A DNA stretch of 64,000 nucleotides, from NCBI GenBank assembly GCA_963727625.1, contig CAVSHR010000004.1, forward strand, positions 1,568,001 through 1,632,000, written 5' to 3'. Below the pieces are notes generated by a model. The model did no database searches and was not told the origin of the DNA. It saw only the letters and a list, made by a program, of their open reading frames with translations. This document shows, one piece after another, positions 1 to 14,670 of the stretch (position 1 is its first letter; every line of letters begins with the position of its first letter). This stretch comes from an uncultured delta proteobacterium (GTDB taxonomy: Bacteria; Desulfobacterota; Binatia; UBA9968). A program made the position numbers and the translations under genes.

Positions 1-464
1 CCGTAGTTGAGCGCCTGTGAGACTTCTCCCTGCAGGCAGGCACTCAAAGCGATGAGCCCGCCATTGAGCTCTGTGAGCAACTCCTTGTCGATGCGCGGCT
101 TGTAGTAGAAACCCTCCATGTAGCCAAAGGAGACAAGCTTGCAAAGATTGCGGTAGCCCTCTTGGTTCATCGCCAAAAGAATTAAGTGATTGTTGTATTC
201 CTTGGGCCCTTTGTCGACGCCCTTTTTCTCGAAGCGGCTGGTCGGCGCGACGTAGATTTCGCAACCGATGATCGGCTTGATGCCGTGGCTCATCGCCTCG
301 CGGTAAAACTCGATGGCGCCGAACATGTTGCCATGGTCGGTCATGGCCACCGCCGGCTGTTTCAGCGCCTTGATACGCTCGAACATTTTGTCGACTTTAT
401 TGGCGCCGTCCAGCAGGCTGTACTCGGTATGGCAGTGTAAATGAACGAAACGAGAGTGCTCCAT
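1..464 (-). CDS. dnaE: DNA polymerase III alpha subunit, N-terminal PHP domain (runs off window start)
   Basis: Manual minus-strand translation from ATG at 464: MEHSRFVHLHCHTEYSLLDGANKVD...AMTDHGNMFGAIEFY...KPIIGCEIYVAP...GYRNLCKLVSFGYMEGFYYKPRIDKELL...SACLQGEV. Not in the ORF track because it has no stop in the window. Confidence 0.97.
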   Translation of the reverse strand, partial: MEHSRFVHLHCHTEYSLLDGANKVDKMFERIKALKQPAVAMTDHGNMFGAIEFYREAMSHGIKPIIGCEIYVAPTSRFEKKGVDKGPKEYNNHLILLAMNQEGYRNLCKLVSFGYMEGFYYKPRIDKELLTELNGGLIALSACLQGEVSQALNY

Positions 465-526
465 TGCAGTAATCAATCAACTATCACAAAGTCGACGGCG
501 CGACAAATCTTTGATGAAATTTTACG

Positions 527-955
527 TCACCACTTATCCACAGGTCGGGGCCATAAACCGGCGGCGATGAAGTCTTCCAGTATGCGGCCTAAAATGTTGG
601 CGAACCTGAAACTGAAACGCTCTTGTTGCGTTATGCTTGCGAGCCGCTGTCCCTCGTAGAGCGTGAGCTCATCGGGGAGGGAATTGATTTCACCGCTGTA
701 GATAAACTTGCGGTTCGGATAGACGTCGCCTTCGAGGCATTCATAGCTCCGAAAAAACCGGCAGCGGGGTAAGTCCAGACCCAGCTCTTCTTTAAGTTCA
801 CGCGCAAAAGCCTGCTCCGGCGTCTCCCCCGCTTCGACGTGACCACCGAAAAAATCCCAGTGATTGGGGAACGGAATTTCCGGGTTGTCATCGCGCAGAT
901 AGATCAGCAACTTCTTACTGCGGTCGAACAAAAGAATCTGCGCGATTTGTCTCAT
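527..955 (-). CDS. NUDIX hydrolase (MutT-like)
   Basis: Nudix box GGHVEAGETPEQAFARELKEELGL; N-terminal YLRDDNPEIPFPNHWDFFGG; ATG at 955 chosen as start. Confidence 0.92.
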   Translation of the reverse strand: MRQIAQILLFDRSKKLLIYLRDDNPEIPFPNHWDFFGGHVEAGETPEQAFARELKEELGLDLPRCRFFRSYECLEGDVYPNRKFIYSGEINSLPDELTLYEGQRLASITQQERFSFRFANILGRILEDFIAAGLWPRPVDKW

Positions 956-1010
956 AAGAACCAAGGATGCAAAAATTCCCGGCGCTGACGGCAAACCCGC
1001 TCCGGCAGAA

Positions 1011-1793
1011 TCAGCCGGGCTCTCGCTCTCCGAAAAACCACCGTCGTTTCATGCGCGCGCCGTAGGTCAGGCCGAAGCGCCGTTTGGCGACTTCGGTAAT
1101 CGCCTCGACCGCCTCTTCGGCAGAGTCGGTGACGATCAAGCGATCGAGATCGGCTGGATCGATGGTTCGTTCCTGAACCAACCGCCGGGCCATAAAATCA
1201 ATCAATGGACGCCAGAATTCCTTGCCAAGGAGCACCAGGGGAAATTCGCGAATCTTGGCCGTTTGGATCAAAGTCGCGGTTTCAAAAATCTCATCCAACG
1301 TCCCAAAACCGCCCGGCAAGGCGATAAAAGCATATGAATATTTAACCAGCATGACTTTACGGACGAAAAAATAGCGGAAGGTGATCCACTGGTCCAGATA
1401 GGGATTGGGTTTCTGTTCTTTAGGAAGCTGGATATTGCAACCGATGGAGCGGCCGCCGGCTTCCTTGGCGCCGCGGTTCGCCGCCTCCATCACGCCGGGG
1501 CCGCCGCCGGTCATGACCGTGAAACCGGCCTTGGCCAAGCCGGCGCCGGTTTTGCGCGCGAGCTCGTAGCACAAATGTTTTTCACCGAAGCGCGCCGAAC
1601 CGAAAACCGTGACGCAGGGTCCAACGAAATGGAGCGCGCGAAAACCGCGGAGGAACTCGAAAAAAATTCGCGTCGCGCGCATCAGCTCGGCGCCGCGCCT
1701 TTGCGGTCCTTCGAGAAAACGCACCACTTCCGGCGCGCCGGGCGTCACGCCCCAGCCGTCAATCGCTATGATCTCATCGTTATCTGTCGTCAT
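1011..1793 (-). CDS. LOG-family (TIGR00730) nucleotide 5'-monophosphate nucleosidase-like protein
   Basis: VTVFGSAR, TGGGPGVMEAANRGA, FRYFFVRKVMLVKYS, PGGFGTLDE motifs. Confidence 0.93.
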   Translation of the reverse strand: MTTDNDEIIAIDGWGVTPGAPEVVRFLEGPQRRGAELMRATRIFFEFLRGFRALHFVGPCVTVFGSARFGEKHLCYELARKTGAGLAKAGFTVMTGGGPGVMEAANRGAKEAGGRSIGCNIQLPKEQKPNPYLDQWITFRYFFVRKVMLVKYSYAFIALPGGFGTLDEIFETATLIQTAKIREFPLVLLGKEFWRPLIDFMARRLVQERTIDPADLDRLIVTDSAEEAVEAITEVAKRRFGLTYGARMKRRWFFGEREPG

Positions 1794-1862
1794 GAGCCGA
1801 CATCATCGCCCATTCAATGAGCCGGTTCAACGACTCTGGATTGGTATGAAGATCGGGAAGGC

Positions 1863-4941
<3,079 letters not shown>

Positions 4942-4946
4942 GGAAT

Positions 4947-4975
4947 CTTATACCAGGAAAATTTTCCGGCGGCAA
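4947..4975 (-). promoter_or_regulatory. Putative sigma70 promoter of guaBA
   Basis: TTGCCG-N17-TATAAG on the minus strand. Confidence 0.55.
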
Positions 4976-4984
4976 GAACGATCG

Positions 4985-5008
4985 ATATTGAGACAGCGAT
5001 TTCAATAT
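4985..5008. promoter_or_regulatory. Inverted repeat ATATTGA-N10-TCAATAT between divergent guaB and the FmdB-type gene (candidate operator)
   Basis: Perfect 7-bp arms at 4985-4991 and 5002-5008. Confidence 0.35.
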
Positions 5009-5028
5009 GATAGCAACAATCTCCGACT

Positions 5029-5262
5029 ATGCCGTTATACGAATACGAATGCGCCAAGGGGCACCGCTTCGAGGCGATCCAGAAGATCAGCGACAGACCG
5101 CTAAAACGCTGCGAAGTTTGCAGTGCCGCCGCGAAACGGTCGATCTCCCAGCCGACACTATTGCACAACCGCGGCGTTCACGTATTCGACCGGGTGACCA
5201 AGGACGACGCCCTGCGCGCCCGCCCCTCCTCGCTCAAGTCATTCAAAAAAGACAAATTTTGA
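5029..5262 (+). CDS. FmdB-family zinc-ribbon protein
   Basis: MPLYEYECAKGHRFE...LKRCEVC zinc-ribbon pattern. Confidence 0.88.
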   Translation: MPLYEYECAKGHRFEAIQKISDRPLKRCEVCSAAAKRSISQPTLLHNRGVHVFDRVTKDDALRARPSSLKSFKKDKF

Positions 5263-5270
5263 CGAATTTT

Positions 5271-5343
5271 TCCTTGGCGATCTTTGCCCCTTTGCGCGAG
5301 ACGAGCCCCGGAATTTTTTCGCGCCACCACGCCGAGGCCGCAA
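5271..5343. repeat. REP-like imperfect palindromic intergenic element
   Basis: CTTGGCGATCTTTGCCCCTTTGCGCGAGA ... TCGCGCCACCACGCCGAGGCCGCAA with partly complementary arms; an element of similar style (CTCTGCGCGCTCAGTGCCTCTGCGGTGAGA) lies at about 37345-37374. Confidence 0.35.
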
Positions 5344-5462
5344 TGATTATTTACACTTACGAGACCAAACCTCCCCATTAGCCTCGATCATCGATCGTCG
5401 ACCTAATTCCGGTTGTGATTCCGACAGGCCTTTGATAGCGTACGGCGGCTTCACACCTTTCT

Positions 5463-6986
<1,524 letters not shown>

Positions 6987-7197
6987 AATCGAAACGAGAC
7001 CAACCGTAAGAATTTACTCAGCCATTGGATAACCATATTCAATCAAATGCAGATGCATGACCGATGGGCAGGCTAGGCTTAGAGAAGAGGCATTCGCCTC
7101 GGCCAAAGTCCTGTTATTTAGCTAATCGTCGCCGAGCTTGACCGCCGGCTGAGAAAGAACTAATTGGAGTCATGTTCACACCGACAGGAGATCGGAC

Positions 7198-8001
7198 ATG
7201 GCCTTACGAATCAAGGACTCGGAAATTTACGCCATTGATGCGCACTCTCATCTAGGCCGCCGCAGCACGCCCTTGGGTCACGGCATCGCGAGTTTTCTCG
7301 GTGACGACCTGGTGCGCGATCTGGACGACGCCGGCCTCGACTGCGCGGTGGCCTTTCCGCTGGGTGCTTCTTGCACCGATTATTCCGAAGCCAATCAGCT
7401 CATGGCCGAAGAAATGGCCAAATATCCGAAGCGGATTATCAGTTTCTGCCGCATTAATCCCAATTTCGGTCCGCAGGCTTCAGCGAAATCTCTCGATCAT
7501 TGCCTGGGCGCGCTGAAATTGAAAGGCATCAAGCTGCACCCGGAAATTGAGTTCTTCGATCCCAACGAGGCCGAGCTGATGGAGCCGATTTATGACGCGG
7601 CGCGCCGCTATCATGTGCCGATTATTTTTCACACCGGCATGTCGAGCAAAGCATCGCCTGGGGTGATCGCCGAACTCGCAGCCCGGCACAAAGATGTCCC
7701 GGTGATTCTCGGGCACATGGGCGTTTCCGAGTACGTAAAACTCGCGGTCGCCGTCGCGCGGCAGAACGACAACATATTTTTGGAAACCTCCGTCGTGGGT
7801 TGGATGCCGCTGCTTCTGGAAGCCTTCCGCGGCGTCGGCACCGGCAAGATCCTGTTCGGTTCCGATCATCCGTACAATCCACTGCCGATGGAAGTCGAGA
7901 AGATTGCAAAACACGTAACCAAGGCCGCCGGCCTCACCGGGGCGGACTTAAACAAGGTCTTCGCAGGTAACTTCCAGTCCATCCTGAAACATAGCCGGTA
8001 A
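7198..8001 (+). CDS. Amidohydrolase_2 family metal-dependent hydrolase
   Basis: IDAHSH, GIKLHP, FHTG, ILGHMG, LFGSDHP; AGGAG RBS. Confidence 0.9.
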   Translation: MALRIKDSEIYAIDAHSHLGRRSTPLGHGIASFLGDDLVRDLDDAGLDCAVAFPLGASCTDYSEANQLMAEEMAKYPKRIISFCRINPNFGPQASAKSLDHCLGALKLKGIKLHPEIEFFDPNEAELMEPIYDAARRYHVPIIFHTGMSSKASPGVIAELAARHKDVPVILGHMGVSEYVKLAVAVARQNDNIFLETSVVGWMPLLLEAFRGVGTGKILFGSDHPYNPLPMEVEKIAKHVTKAAGLTGADLNKVFAGNFQSILKHSR

Positions 8002-8643
8002 GTGCGATGGTTCAATGCTCGCCGGTTCTTCTGAACCCTCCGCGCCGCCGAGACAAAATCGTGGCGCAACCAGCAAGGGGGAAGCCTTCCAGACTCGACA
8101 CTCGGCGCTCGCACCAGCGAAAACCATCCTAAAGAAACCGCAACGAATCGGCATGCCAGGAATCATCAACTCGCCGAACTATTGAATCGAACGTGGAGGA
8201 GGGAGGCTTTTTTTCTGACGTAGACCATAACGTCCGAAGGACTGGTTTTCACTTTCAGCCATTTGCCTTTCGAAGGTACCGCGCAGATCTGGGCCTTCGA
8301 AGCCGCAGCGAAACGAGATTCCTCTCTCAGAGCCACCGCCCGGCGAGTTATTTGGCCTGGGCCGGGCTCCGGCCGATCGGTGCGCCTGACTGCGGTAGGT
8401 TTAGCGACCCCCAACGTTTTTGGCTGGCTTCAAGTTGACCACTCGCGCAACCGAGAGAACAGCCACTCTAAAATCCCCGTCATCTAGTGACGTTTGGCAC
8501 CAAACATGGCGAATCTGCCTTCCGTCACAAGGTGGGAAAGAACGACGTCACAGCATGTAGAAAGAAATAGTCGGACGGTAGGCACGATTGATTGCATCGT
8601 CCGGGTGATCGGATATTCTAGCTTCACGGCGGGCCTCTCTGCG

Positions 8644-9171
8644 ATGGATTTAGATACGAGTCTCTTCTACACGATCAACGGCATAGCCGGTCATTGGCCA
8701 TGGCTTGACGAATTCATGCGGCTGGTCTCGCGCCCCGGAACGTTTTTTATCCCAGGATTGCTCGGGCTGTATTTTTGGTATAGCTGTAAAGGTGCTAAAG
8801 CACTCATCCAGGCGCTTTTGCTCGCCGCGCTAGTCATTGCCGTCGATGCGACCGGCTTCGCCATCAAGCAAGTGATCGCCCGGCCGCGTCCCTGCCAAGT
8901 ACTCCCCGGTGTCACTAGAGTCACCGGCTGCGGCCGGGCCTTTGGCTTTCCGTCGAATCATGCCGCCAATACCGCGGCCGCCGCGACCTTTTTCCAGTTG
9001 CTCTATCCGGGCACCGGATTGATCGCTTGGCCGCTGCTCGCGCTGATCGGCTTCAATCGCGTCTACGTCGGCGCCCACTACGCCACCGACGTGCTCGGCG
9101 GCTGGTTGATCGGCGCGCTCGGCGCCTGGCTCCTTGTCCACCTGCTACGCTCGCGCCATTGGCTCAATTAG
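8644..9171 (+). CDS. PAP2 membrane phosphatase (BcrC/LpxE-like)
   Basis: K..IARPRP, FPSNH, NRVYVGAHYATDV motifs and hydrophobic helices; ATG at 8644. Confidence 0.9.
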   Translation: MDLDTSLFYTINGIAGHWPWLDEFMRLVSRPGTFFIPGLLGLYFWYSCKGAKALIQALLLAALVIAVDATGFAIKQVIARPRPCQVLPGVTRVTGCGRAFGFPSNHAANTAAAATFFQLLYPGTGLIAWPLLALIGFNRVYVGAHYATDVLGGWLIGALGAWLLVHLLRSRHWLN

Positions 9172-9333
9172 ACACGGCTGCTGATCCCTGAGCGGTGGGA
9201 TTGAGAAAAACGCCAGCTTGGCAGCGCTGACTTCTGCGACGCTAAAACGTTTTTTCGATGGCGGTTACCCAGGTGGCAAGTCAGAACAACACGCCGAGAC
9301 AACCGATCTCCGCCGCAAGAATCTGCTCGCCTG

Positions 9334-10284
9334 TCATTGAGCGCTTTTGTCCAGGCTGTTGAGCCCAGCGATCTTGCGTATCCGGTGCGGTTTCCAACGA
9401 TTATGCATCCACAGGTATTGCTCGGGACGGTCGCGGACCAGCAGCGTCAGCCGCCGGTCGAGTTCATGCGCGAGCCGCGGCAATTCATGATTCGGGTCCA
9501 ACGAAACATCCGGCCAGATAGGTTCGGCAATTTGAAAGTCAAAACGCCCCGACAAGGGTTGCCGATAACACGCTCCGACAACGATCGGCCGGTTACGCTG
9601 CAAGGCCAGCACCATCGGCAGGGGTGTCGTCAAGACGGACATGTTGCGGACGTCAAAGGCGAGGCTCGCGCTGGTTCGTTGATCGGCGAGAATACCAACG
9701 GAACGCCCGCGATCGAGAGCGCCGAGCAATGCCGGCAGCGCGTTCTTTTTGGCGACGAACAGCTCCGCTCCCGGCACGCGCTCGCGATCGAGCGGGCACA
9801 AGCGGCGTTGCAATGTGCCATTGCGCAGCGGATTGATCGGAATGGTCAACGGAATTTTCGCCGCAGCGAGAACATACGGCAGGATCGAATAGCTGCCGAT
9901 ATGCGCCGTAACAAAAATACAGCCTCCGGTATCCGAGTGCAGCTTGCTGATTTTTTACAGACTCGCCGAACCTTCAATCCATGAGTCGGGAAACCCGGCG
10001 GCCGCCTTGCCATCGGCGAAGAAGTGACGGAATCGAATGTTTTCGATGACTACTAGGGCCAAATTTGCGCTGCTGCGTCGCGCGACGACGCGGAGATCCC
10101 GCGGGGTTCTTTCACCGCTATAGAAACGGCGCAAATTATCCAGCGCAGCTTTGCGCCGCCGCGGCACGAGATAATACGCGCCTTGTCCGATGAGATAGGC
10201 GAGACCATTTAACACTGGCCACGGCGTCGAGCCCAGCGTGGGAGAAATAATCCCGGTCATCAGTGAGGCTAAACAGCGACTCAT
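9334..10284 (-). pseudogene. LpxL/HtrB-family lipid A acyltransferase interrupted by an in-frame TAA
   Basis: ORFs 9955-10284 and 9334-9849 share a frame: ...GSASL-TAA(9955-9957)-KISKLHSDTGGCIFVTAHIGS...GILADQ...PEQYLWMHNRWK. Confidence 0.85.
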
Positions 10285-10370
10285 GACGCAAGCCCTATAG
10301 CGTTGTTCTGAAACGAGAAAAGCGTGTATTCAGTCGCACAACCATCGGCGCGGATGGGAAAAAATCGAAT

Positions 10371-11372
10371 TCAGAACTTCCAGCGATCATGCATCCAAAA
10401 ATATTGTTCCGGATTCTCGCGGATCAATCTTTCCATCCGCTGGTTCAACTCTCGCGTCAAACGGACGATTTCGCTGCGTTTGTCACGCGATGGTTCAGGC
10501 CACAGCGGTTCGGACAGCACTATTTCGTATGCTTCCAGACCTTTGCGCCGGCAACAGGCGCCGACGACAATCGGCCGATTACAGGCCAGCGATAACAGCG
10601 CGGGCACGGGCGTGGTCAAAGCAGGATATCCGAGAAAGTCCAGCGCTACGCCGCGAAGCGTGCGCTGGTCTGGCAATATCCCCACCGATCGACCCTGGTT
10701 AAGCGCCCTGCGCAAAGTGTGAAACGAATTTCGCCGCGGCACATAAATTTCAGCGCCCGGCCACGCTTCGCTGTTGAGCGGCCACCAACGGCGATGGATC
10801 TCTTGATTAGCCAGCTCGTGGACCGGCACCACCAACTGCACACCACCGGCGGAAAACAAGCTCGGCAGCGCGCTAAAATTTCCGATATGCGGCGATGCGA
10901 AGATACAGCCGCCGGTCTCTAGATGGATCGCCCGTGCTCGTTCCAACACGGAGTCCAAGTGCGCGATCCTTTTTCGCACCTCAGCCAAACCGCCGGGCCG
11001 CTGAGCTAAACCACGAAAGCGGTGAAACTCGATCACCGCCAAAAGCAGCGACACAAAACTTTTGCGTGCAATTGCTCTGATTTCCGGTTCCGTCTTTTGG
11101 CCGCGATAAATCATCCACAGGTTTTTGAGGGCGATCTTGCGCCGGCGCGTAGCCATCCAATAAGAAGAGCAACCAAAACCGCGCGCCATACGCGTCAGTT
11201 GTTTCATTTCCAGAGCGGACAACCGTCCCATCAACAGACAGGCCGATAAATATTCGAGCCTCCGTCGCAGGGAGCTCGCGGCCACCCGGGCCCTACGAAC
11301 CCGGCGCCGAGGTCTCGGCGAGCGCCGCAACACGGCCGGTGAGCTTGTGCTACTTCCAGGTGTCAATTTCAT
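10371..11372 (-). CDS. LpxL/HtrB-family lipid A acyltransferase
   Basis: RRRLEYL N-terminus, GCIFASPHIGNF, GILPDQ, PEQYFWMHDRWK; paralog of 9334-10284; start uncertain. Confidence 0.88.
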   Translation of the reverse strand: MKLTPGSSTSSPAVLRRSPRPRRRVRRARVAASSLRRRLEYLSACLLMGRLSALEMKQLTRMARGFGCSSYWMATRRRKIALKNLWMIYRGQKTEPEIRAIARKSFVSLLLAVIEFHRFRGLAQRPGGLAEVRKRIAHLDSVLERARAIHLETGGCIFASPHIGNFSALPSLFSAGGVQLVVPVHELANQEIHRRWWPLNSEAWPGAEIYVPRRNSFHTLRRALNQGRSVGILPDQRTLRGVALDFLGYPALTTPVPALLSLACNRPIVVGACCRRKGLEAYEIVLSEPLWPEPSRDKRSEIVRLTRELNQRMERLIRENPEQYFWMHDRWKF

Positions 11373-13434
11373 GGGGAGACACGGGCCCGCCGATCGGCAG
11401 CGATACATCGAACGGGTCGGTAAATTCGCTTCGCGGTTGTCGCACACGGAGCTTGGCGTCATGTTTCTCGATGGCGCGGGCCTTGCGAAGCACCGGTAAC
11501 AGCAGCTTTCGCCGCAAGTCGCGCCGCGGCCGGCTATTGGCGTAATAGTGCAAAAAGCGCAGCCGATCGAATCGGCTCAGCGGCAACGCCAGCGACGAGT
11601 AATGAAGCTGCGCCAAATCTTTCACGATCCAACGCCGACCCGGAAACCTGCCACGGCCGACCCTTTGCAAATCGATAATTTTTAAATCCGGCCCGTTCTC
11701 GGCGTCGAACCTGGCAAAGATATGACAGAGGTAAAAGTCTTGATGATTGAATTCGGCGCCGTGCATGTTACGGGCGAGCTCGGCCGTGGCCCGAATCAAC
11801 AACCGCTTCTCGCGCCGGGCGGCGTCGGATAGCGGCGCAACCAAGCGCGCTGCAATATACCGATCGAGCGGCAAATAACCGTCCAGCCGCAGGGTCATGA
11901 GGAAGGACTCGCGGCTTCCGTCGGCTAGTAGGCGCTCGCCGGCGGCCACAGGCGTGGCGGTGGGGAGTCCGGCGGATTGGAATTGCAGGATATTGCGCCA
12001 TTCTTGGATGCCCTGACTCTTGGCTTGCAGACCGGCAGCCGCCAAGACTCGCGTGATCCAGGAGCCCCGCCGGCGATGAAACTTGAAAAAACAGACCTGT
12101 TCTCGTCCTTCACCGGCGAGGTTTAACAGTGAAATGCGTTTGTTGCGGTTGTACTCGATCTGGGTGCGTTGTGAGGTGTGTAAAATTGCCGCAAAGCCGG
12201 TCAGGCCCTGGCGCCGCAATAGCTGCAGAAATTTTTCATTGACCCACAGATCCGGCTCGATCCGAACCGGCGCCACTTCGCTCGGCGCGCGCGCCGATGC
12301 TTCCAAAACGGCGACGACCTGGCGTAGATGATCCGCCATCGCTAGCTGGTTCACTCGCCGGTAGGACGCGCCAGCCGCGACCGCGCTTCGTTCATGGCTC
12401 GCTATGGCGCGAATCCGGCGCGCCCACTCGTCCGCACTGGCATCCGCTGCCAGGACAAAACCGTTTTGACCCTCGTCGATAAATTCCGCCGCGCCGTTCA
12501 TCGCCGTCGTGAGCACCGGCAAGCCGCATGCCACGGCCTCCAGACAAACCGTGGCGCAGGGGTCGTAACGCGTCGGCAGAATGAAAACATCGGCCGCCGC
12601 GAAATAGCGCTCGATGTCGGTGACCGCGCCGGTAAATAGCGTCACGTCGGCCACACCGAGTCTCTTAGCCCGGCGCCCGAAACGCGCAATTGCACCGCCA
12701 CCGACGACGATAAGCCGAAGCGGTACATCGTTATGACCGAGTTTGGCCAACGCGGCGAGCGCCAACGCTAACCCTTTGCGCTGGAAATTATTGGCGGCGA
12801 AAAGCAGCGCGACTTCACGGTCACCGAGGCCTAGTTCGCCCCGGGTAATAGCGCGCCAGCGCTCGCGCGCCTGCGGATTGAATCGCGCCGCGTTGAGCCA
12901 GGGGTAGATAACCGTAATCCGCTCGGCGGGCACGCCGTATAGTCGCCGCACCTGGCGCCCGACTAATTTGGAGTTGGCGATGCAGTCTACCGATGGCGAG
13001 GTCAGAATTATTTTCTCCAGCGACAAATTGACTGCCATGACCGCGCGCTTCAAACACATCACCCAGCGCACCAGGGCGCGTGGCCAGGCTAGCCGCGCCC
13101 ACACGCGGTACAGACCGTCGCCGAGCCAGAAAACCTGTTGGGGTAGGAACGGCGTCATGCCAAGGACGGCGTCGTAGTCCGCCCTGCACAGAAGTCGGCG
13201 CAGGTTAAAATGAAACAACAACACCCGCAGCCATGCCGGTTTTTTCACCATCGCCACTCGGTGATAGATCACACCCGCAAGCTTGGGACTGTCCCAGTTA
13301 TAAGCGAAAGCATGGACTTCGTGCCCCGCTTCCGCGAGAGCACGGATCAAATCCACCGCGTAGCGTTCCGCCCCGCCCTTCTTGACCGTCAAGTAGGGCC
13401 GGACCACGGCGATTTTGAGCGGGCCGCGTTTCAA
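11350..13434 (-). CDS. GT4 (WaaG-like) glycosyltransferase fused to a WaaP/Kdo-family LPS kinase
   Basis: N-terminal KIAVVRP...GGAERY...FQRKGL...YDPCATVCLEAVACGLP; C-terminal HQDFYLCHI, IIDLQR, RRWIVKDLAQL. TTG start at 13434 overlaps the upstream TGA. Confidence 0.9.
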   Translation of the reverse strand: MKRGPLKIAVVRPYLTVKKGGAERYAVDLIRALAEAGHEVHAFAYNWDSPKLAGVIYHRVAMVKKPAWLRVLLFHFNLRRLLCRADYDAVLGMTPFLPQQVFWLGDGLYRVWARLAWPRALVRWVMCLKRAVMAVNLSLEKIILTSPSVDCIANSKLVGRQVRRLYGVPAERITVIYPWLNAARFNPQARERWRAITRGELGLGDREVALLFAANNFQRKGLALALAALAKLGHNDVPLRLIVVGGGAIARFGRRAKRLGVADVTLFTGAVTDIERYFAAADVFILPTRYDPCATVCLEAVACGLPVLTTAMNGAAEFIDEGQNGFVLAADASADEWARRIRAIASHERSAVAAGASYRRVNQLAMADHLRQVVAVLEASARAPSEVAPVRIEPDLWVNEKFLQLLRRQGLTGFAAILHTSQRTQIEYNRNKRISLLNLAGEGREQVCFFKFHRRRGSWITRVLAAAGLQAKSQGIQEWRNILQFQSAGLPTATPVAAGERLLADGSRESFLMTLRLDGYLPLDRYIAARLVAPLSDAARREKRLLIRATAELARNMHGAEFNHQDFYLCHIFARFDAENGPDLKIIDLQRVGRGRFPGRRWIVKDLAQLHYSSLALPLSRFDRLRFLHYYANSRPRRDLRRKLLLPVLRKARAIEKHDAKLRVRQPRSEFTDPFDVSLPIGGPVSPHEIDTWK

Positions 13435-14501
13435 CGGCAGATCCCCGCGCTGGACTGTGCACCGGTCGTTTGGTTTCGGGACGCTCGGCTTCGCAGCAGC
13501 GCCAAAGCCGCGCCGAGGACTTCGTCGACGCTGATCGATGTGAGACACTGCTGCGCATGGGCGCAGCGCTGGCGGTCGCAACCGCGGCACGGAAAATCTT
13601 TTTTGAGCGCGACGTTGGCCGGGCCGTAGGGGCCAACCCGCCGCGGCTCGGTGGGACCGAATATCCCTATCACCGGCGTACCCACGGCGGCCGCCAAATG
13701 CATTGGGCCCGAGTCGTTACTGATCACCAGCGCCGCCCTTCGCAGCAGTGCCGTGAGTTGGAGCAAAGTAGTCGCGCCCGCCAAATTAATCGCGGTACAT
13801 CTGAGCCGGCGCATCACTTCGCTTGCTTGAGAATTCTGTTCGCTACCGGCGATCAATAAGATCCGCGCGTTGTGCTCCGCGGACAGGCGGTCAACGACTT
13901 CGGCAAATCGCTCCGGTGGCCAGCGCTTGGTTTCCCAGCGCGCCGCCGGATGAATGACCACCGCGCTCTGAGCGCCGCCAAGCCGTTCTCTCAGCCAAAG
14001 CGCTTCCAACCAATCCTCGGCTTTGCGCGACCGCGGTAACGGAAAGCTCGGCGGTGCGTCACCGGGCAGTCCGATCTGGCGTAAGAGATCGAGATTGCGC
14101 TCCACCGCGTGTACGGCGTTGCTGGCAGGCTCGATGCGCAAAGTATAACACCAACGGCTTCCCTCGCGGCTATCGGCGAAGCCGATGCGCGTCGGCGCGT
14201 GGGTCATCAAGCCGGCAACCCCGCTGCGCAGCAGGCCCTGGAGATCGATGACCATATCGTAGCGACAACGGCGAAAGCTGTTTCTCAACACTCGCCACGC
14301 CGCGAGATGCTTCGGTAACAGCAGCACTTCATTGAGGGCCGGCTGGTCCAGCAGCAATTCGGCCCATTCCTCCTTGACCAGCCAGTCCATGGTCGTTTGC
14401 GGCCAATGGCGCCGTAACAAAGCAAGCACGGGGAGAGCGTGAATGATATCGCCGAAGGAACTCGGTTTAATTATTAAAAGTCGGCGCGGCGCGGTGATCA
14501 T
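13431..14501 (-). CDS. GT9 LPS heptosyltransferase (WaaC/WaaF-like)
   Basis: RLLIIKPSSFGDIIHALP, DLQGLLRS, HAVER, ETKRWP, SNDSGPMHLAAA, IFGPT. Confidence 0.94.
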   Translation of the reverse strand: MITAPRRLLIIKPSSFGDIIHALPVLALLRRHWPQTTMDWLVKEEWAELLLDQPALNEVLLLPKHLAAWRVLRNSFRRCRYDMVIDLQGLLRSGVAGLMTHAPTRIGFADSREGSRWCYTLRIEPASNAVHAVERNLDLLRQIGLPGDAPPSFPLPRSRKAEDWLEALWLRERLGGAQSAVVIHPAARWETKRWPPERFAEVVDRLSAEHNARILLIAGSEQNSQASEVMRRLRCTAINLAGATTLLQLTALLRRAALVISNDSGPMHLAAAVGTPVIGIFGPTEPRRVGPYGPANVALKKDFPCRGCDRQRCAHAQQCLTSISVDEVLGAALALLRSRASRNQTTGAQSSAGICR

Positions 14502-14670
14502 CGGACGTGCCCCCGCTCTACTCGTATCGCAACCCAGGCAAGGCATCCGATGCTGGCGACCGCCAACGACGCGCTGGCGAACGACCGGGCGGCGGATCCC
14601 GTAGTTGGTCGCTGTTGGACGCCATGGCGAGCCGTTTTCACAATGATATGGACCACCGGCAACGACACGC

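Noticed and set aside
186-659. Plus-strand ORFs 186-440 and 441-659
   Set aside because: Antisense shadows of dnaE and the NUDIX gene.
8020-8600. Short ORFs or an ncRNA between the amidohydrolase and PAP2 genes
   Set aside because: No RBS, motif or convincing structure that I can support.
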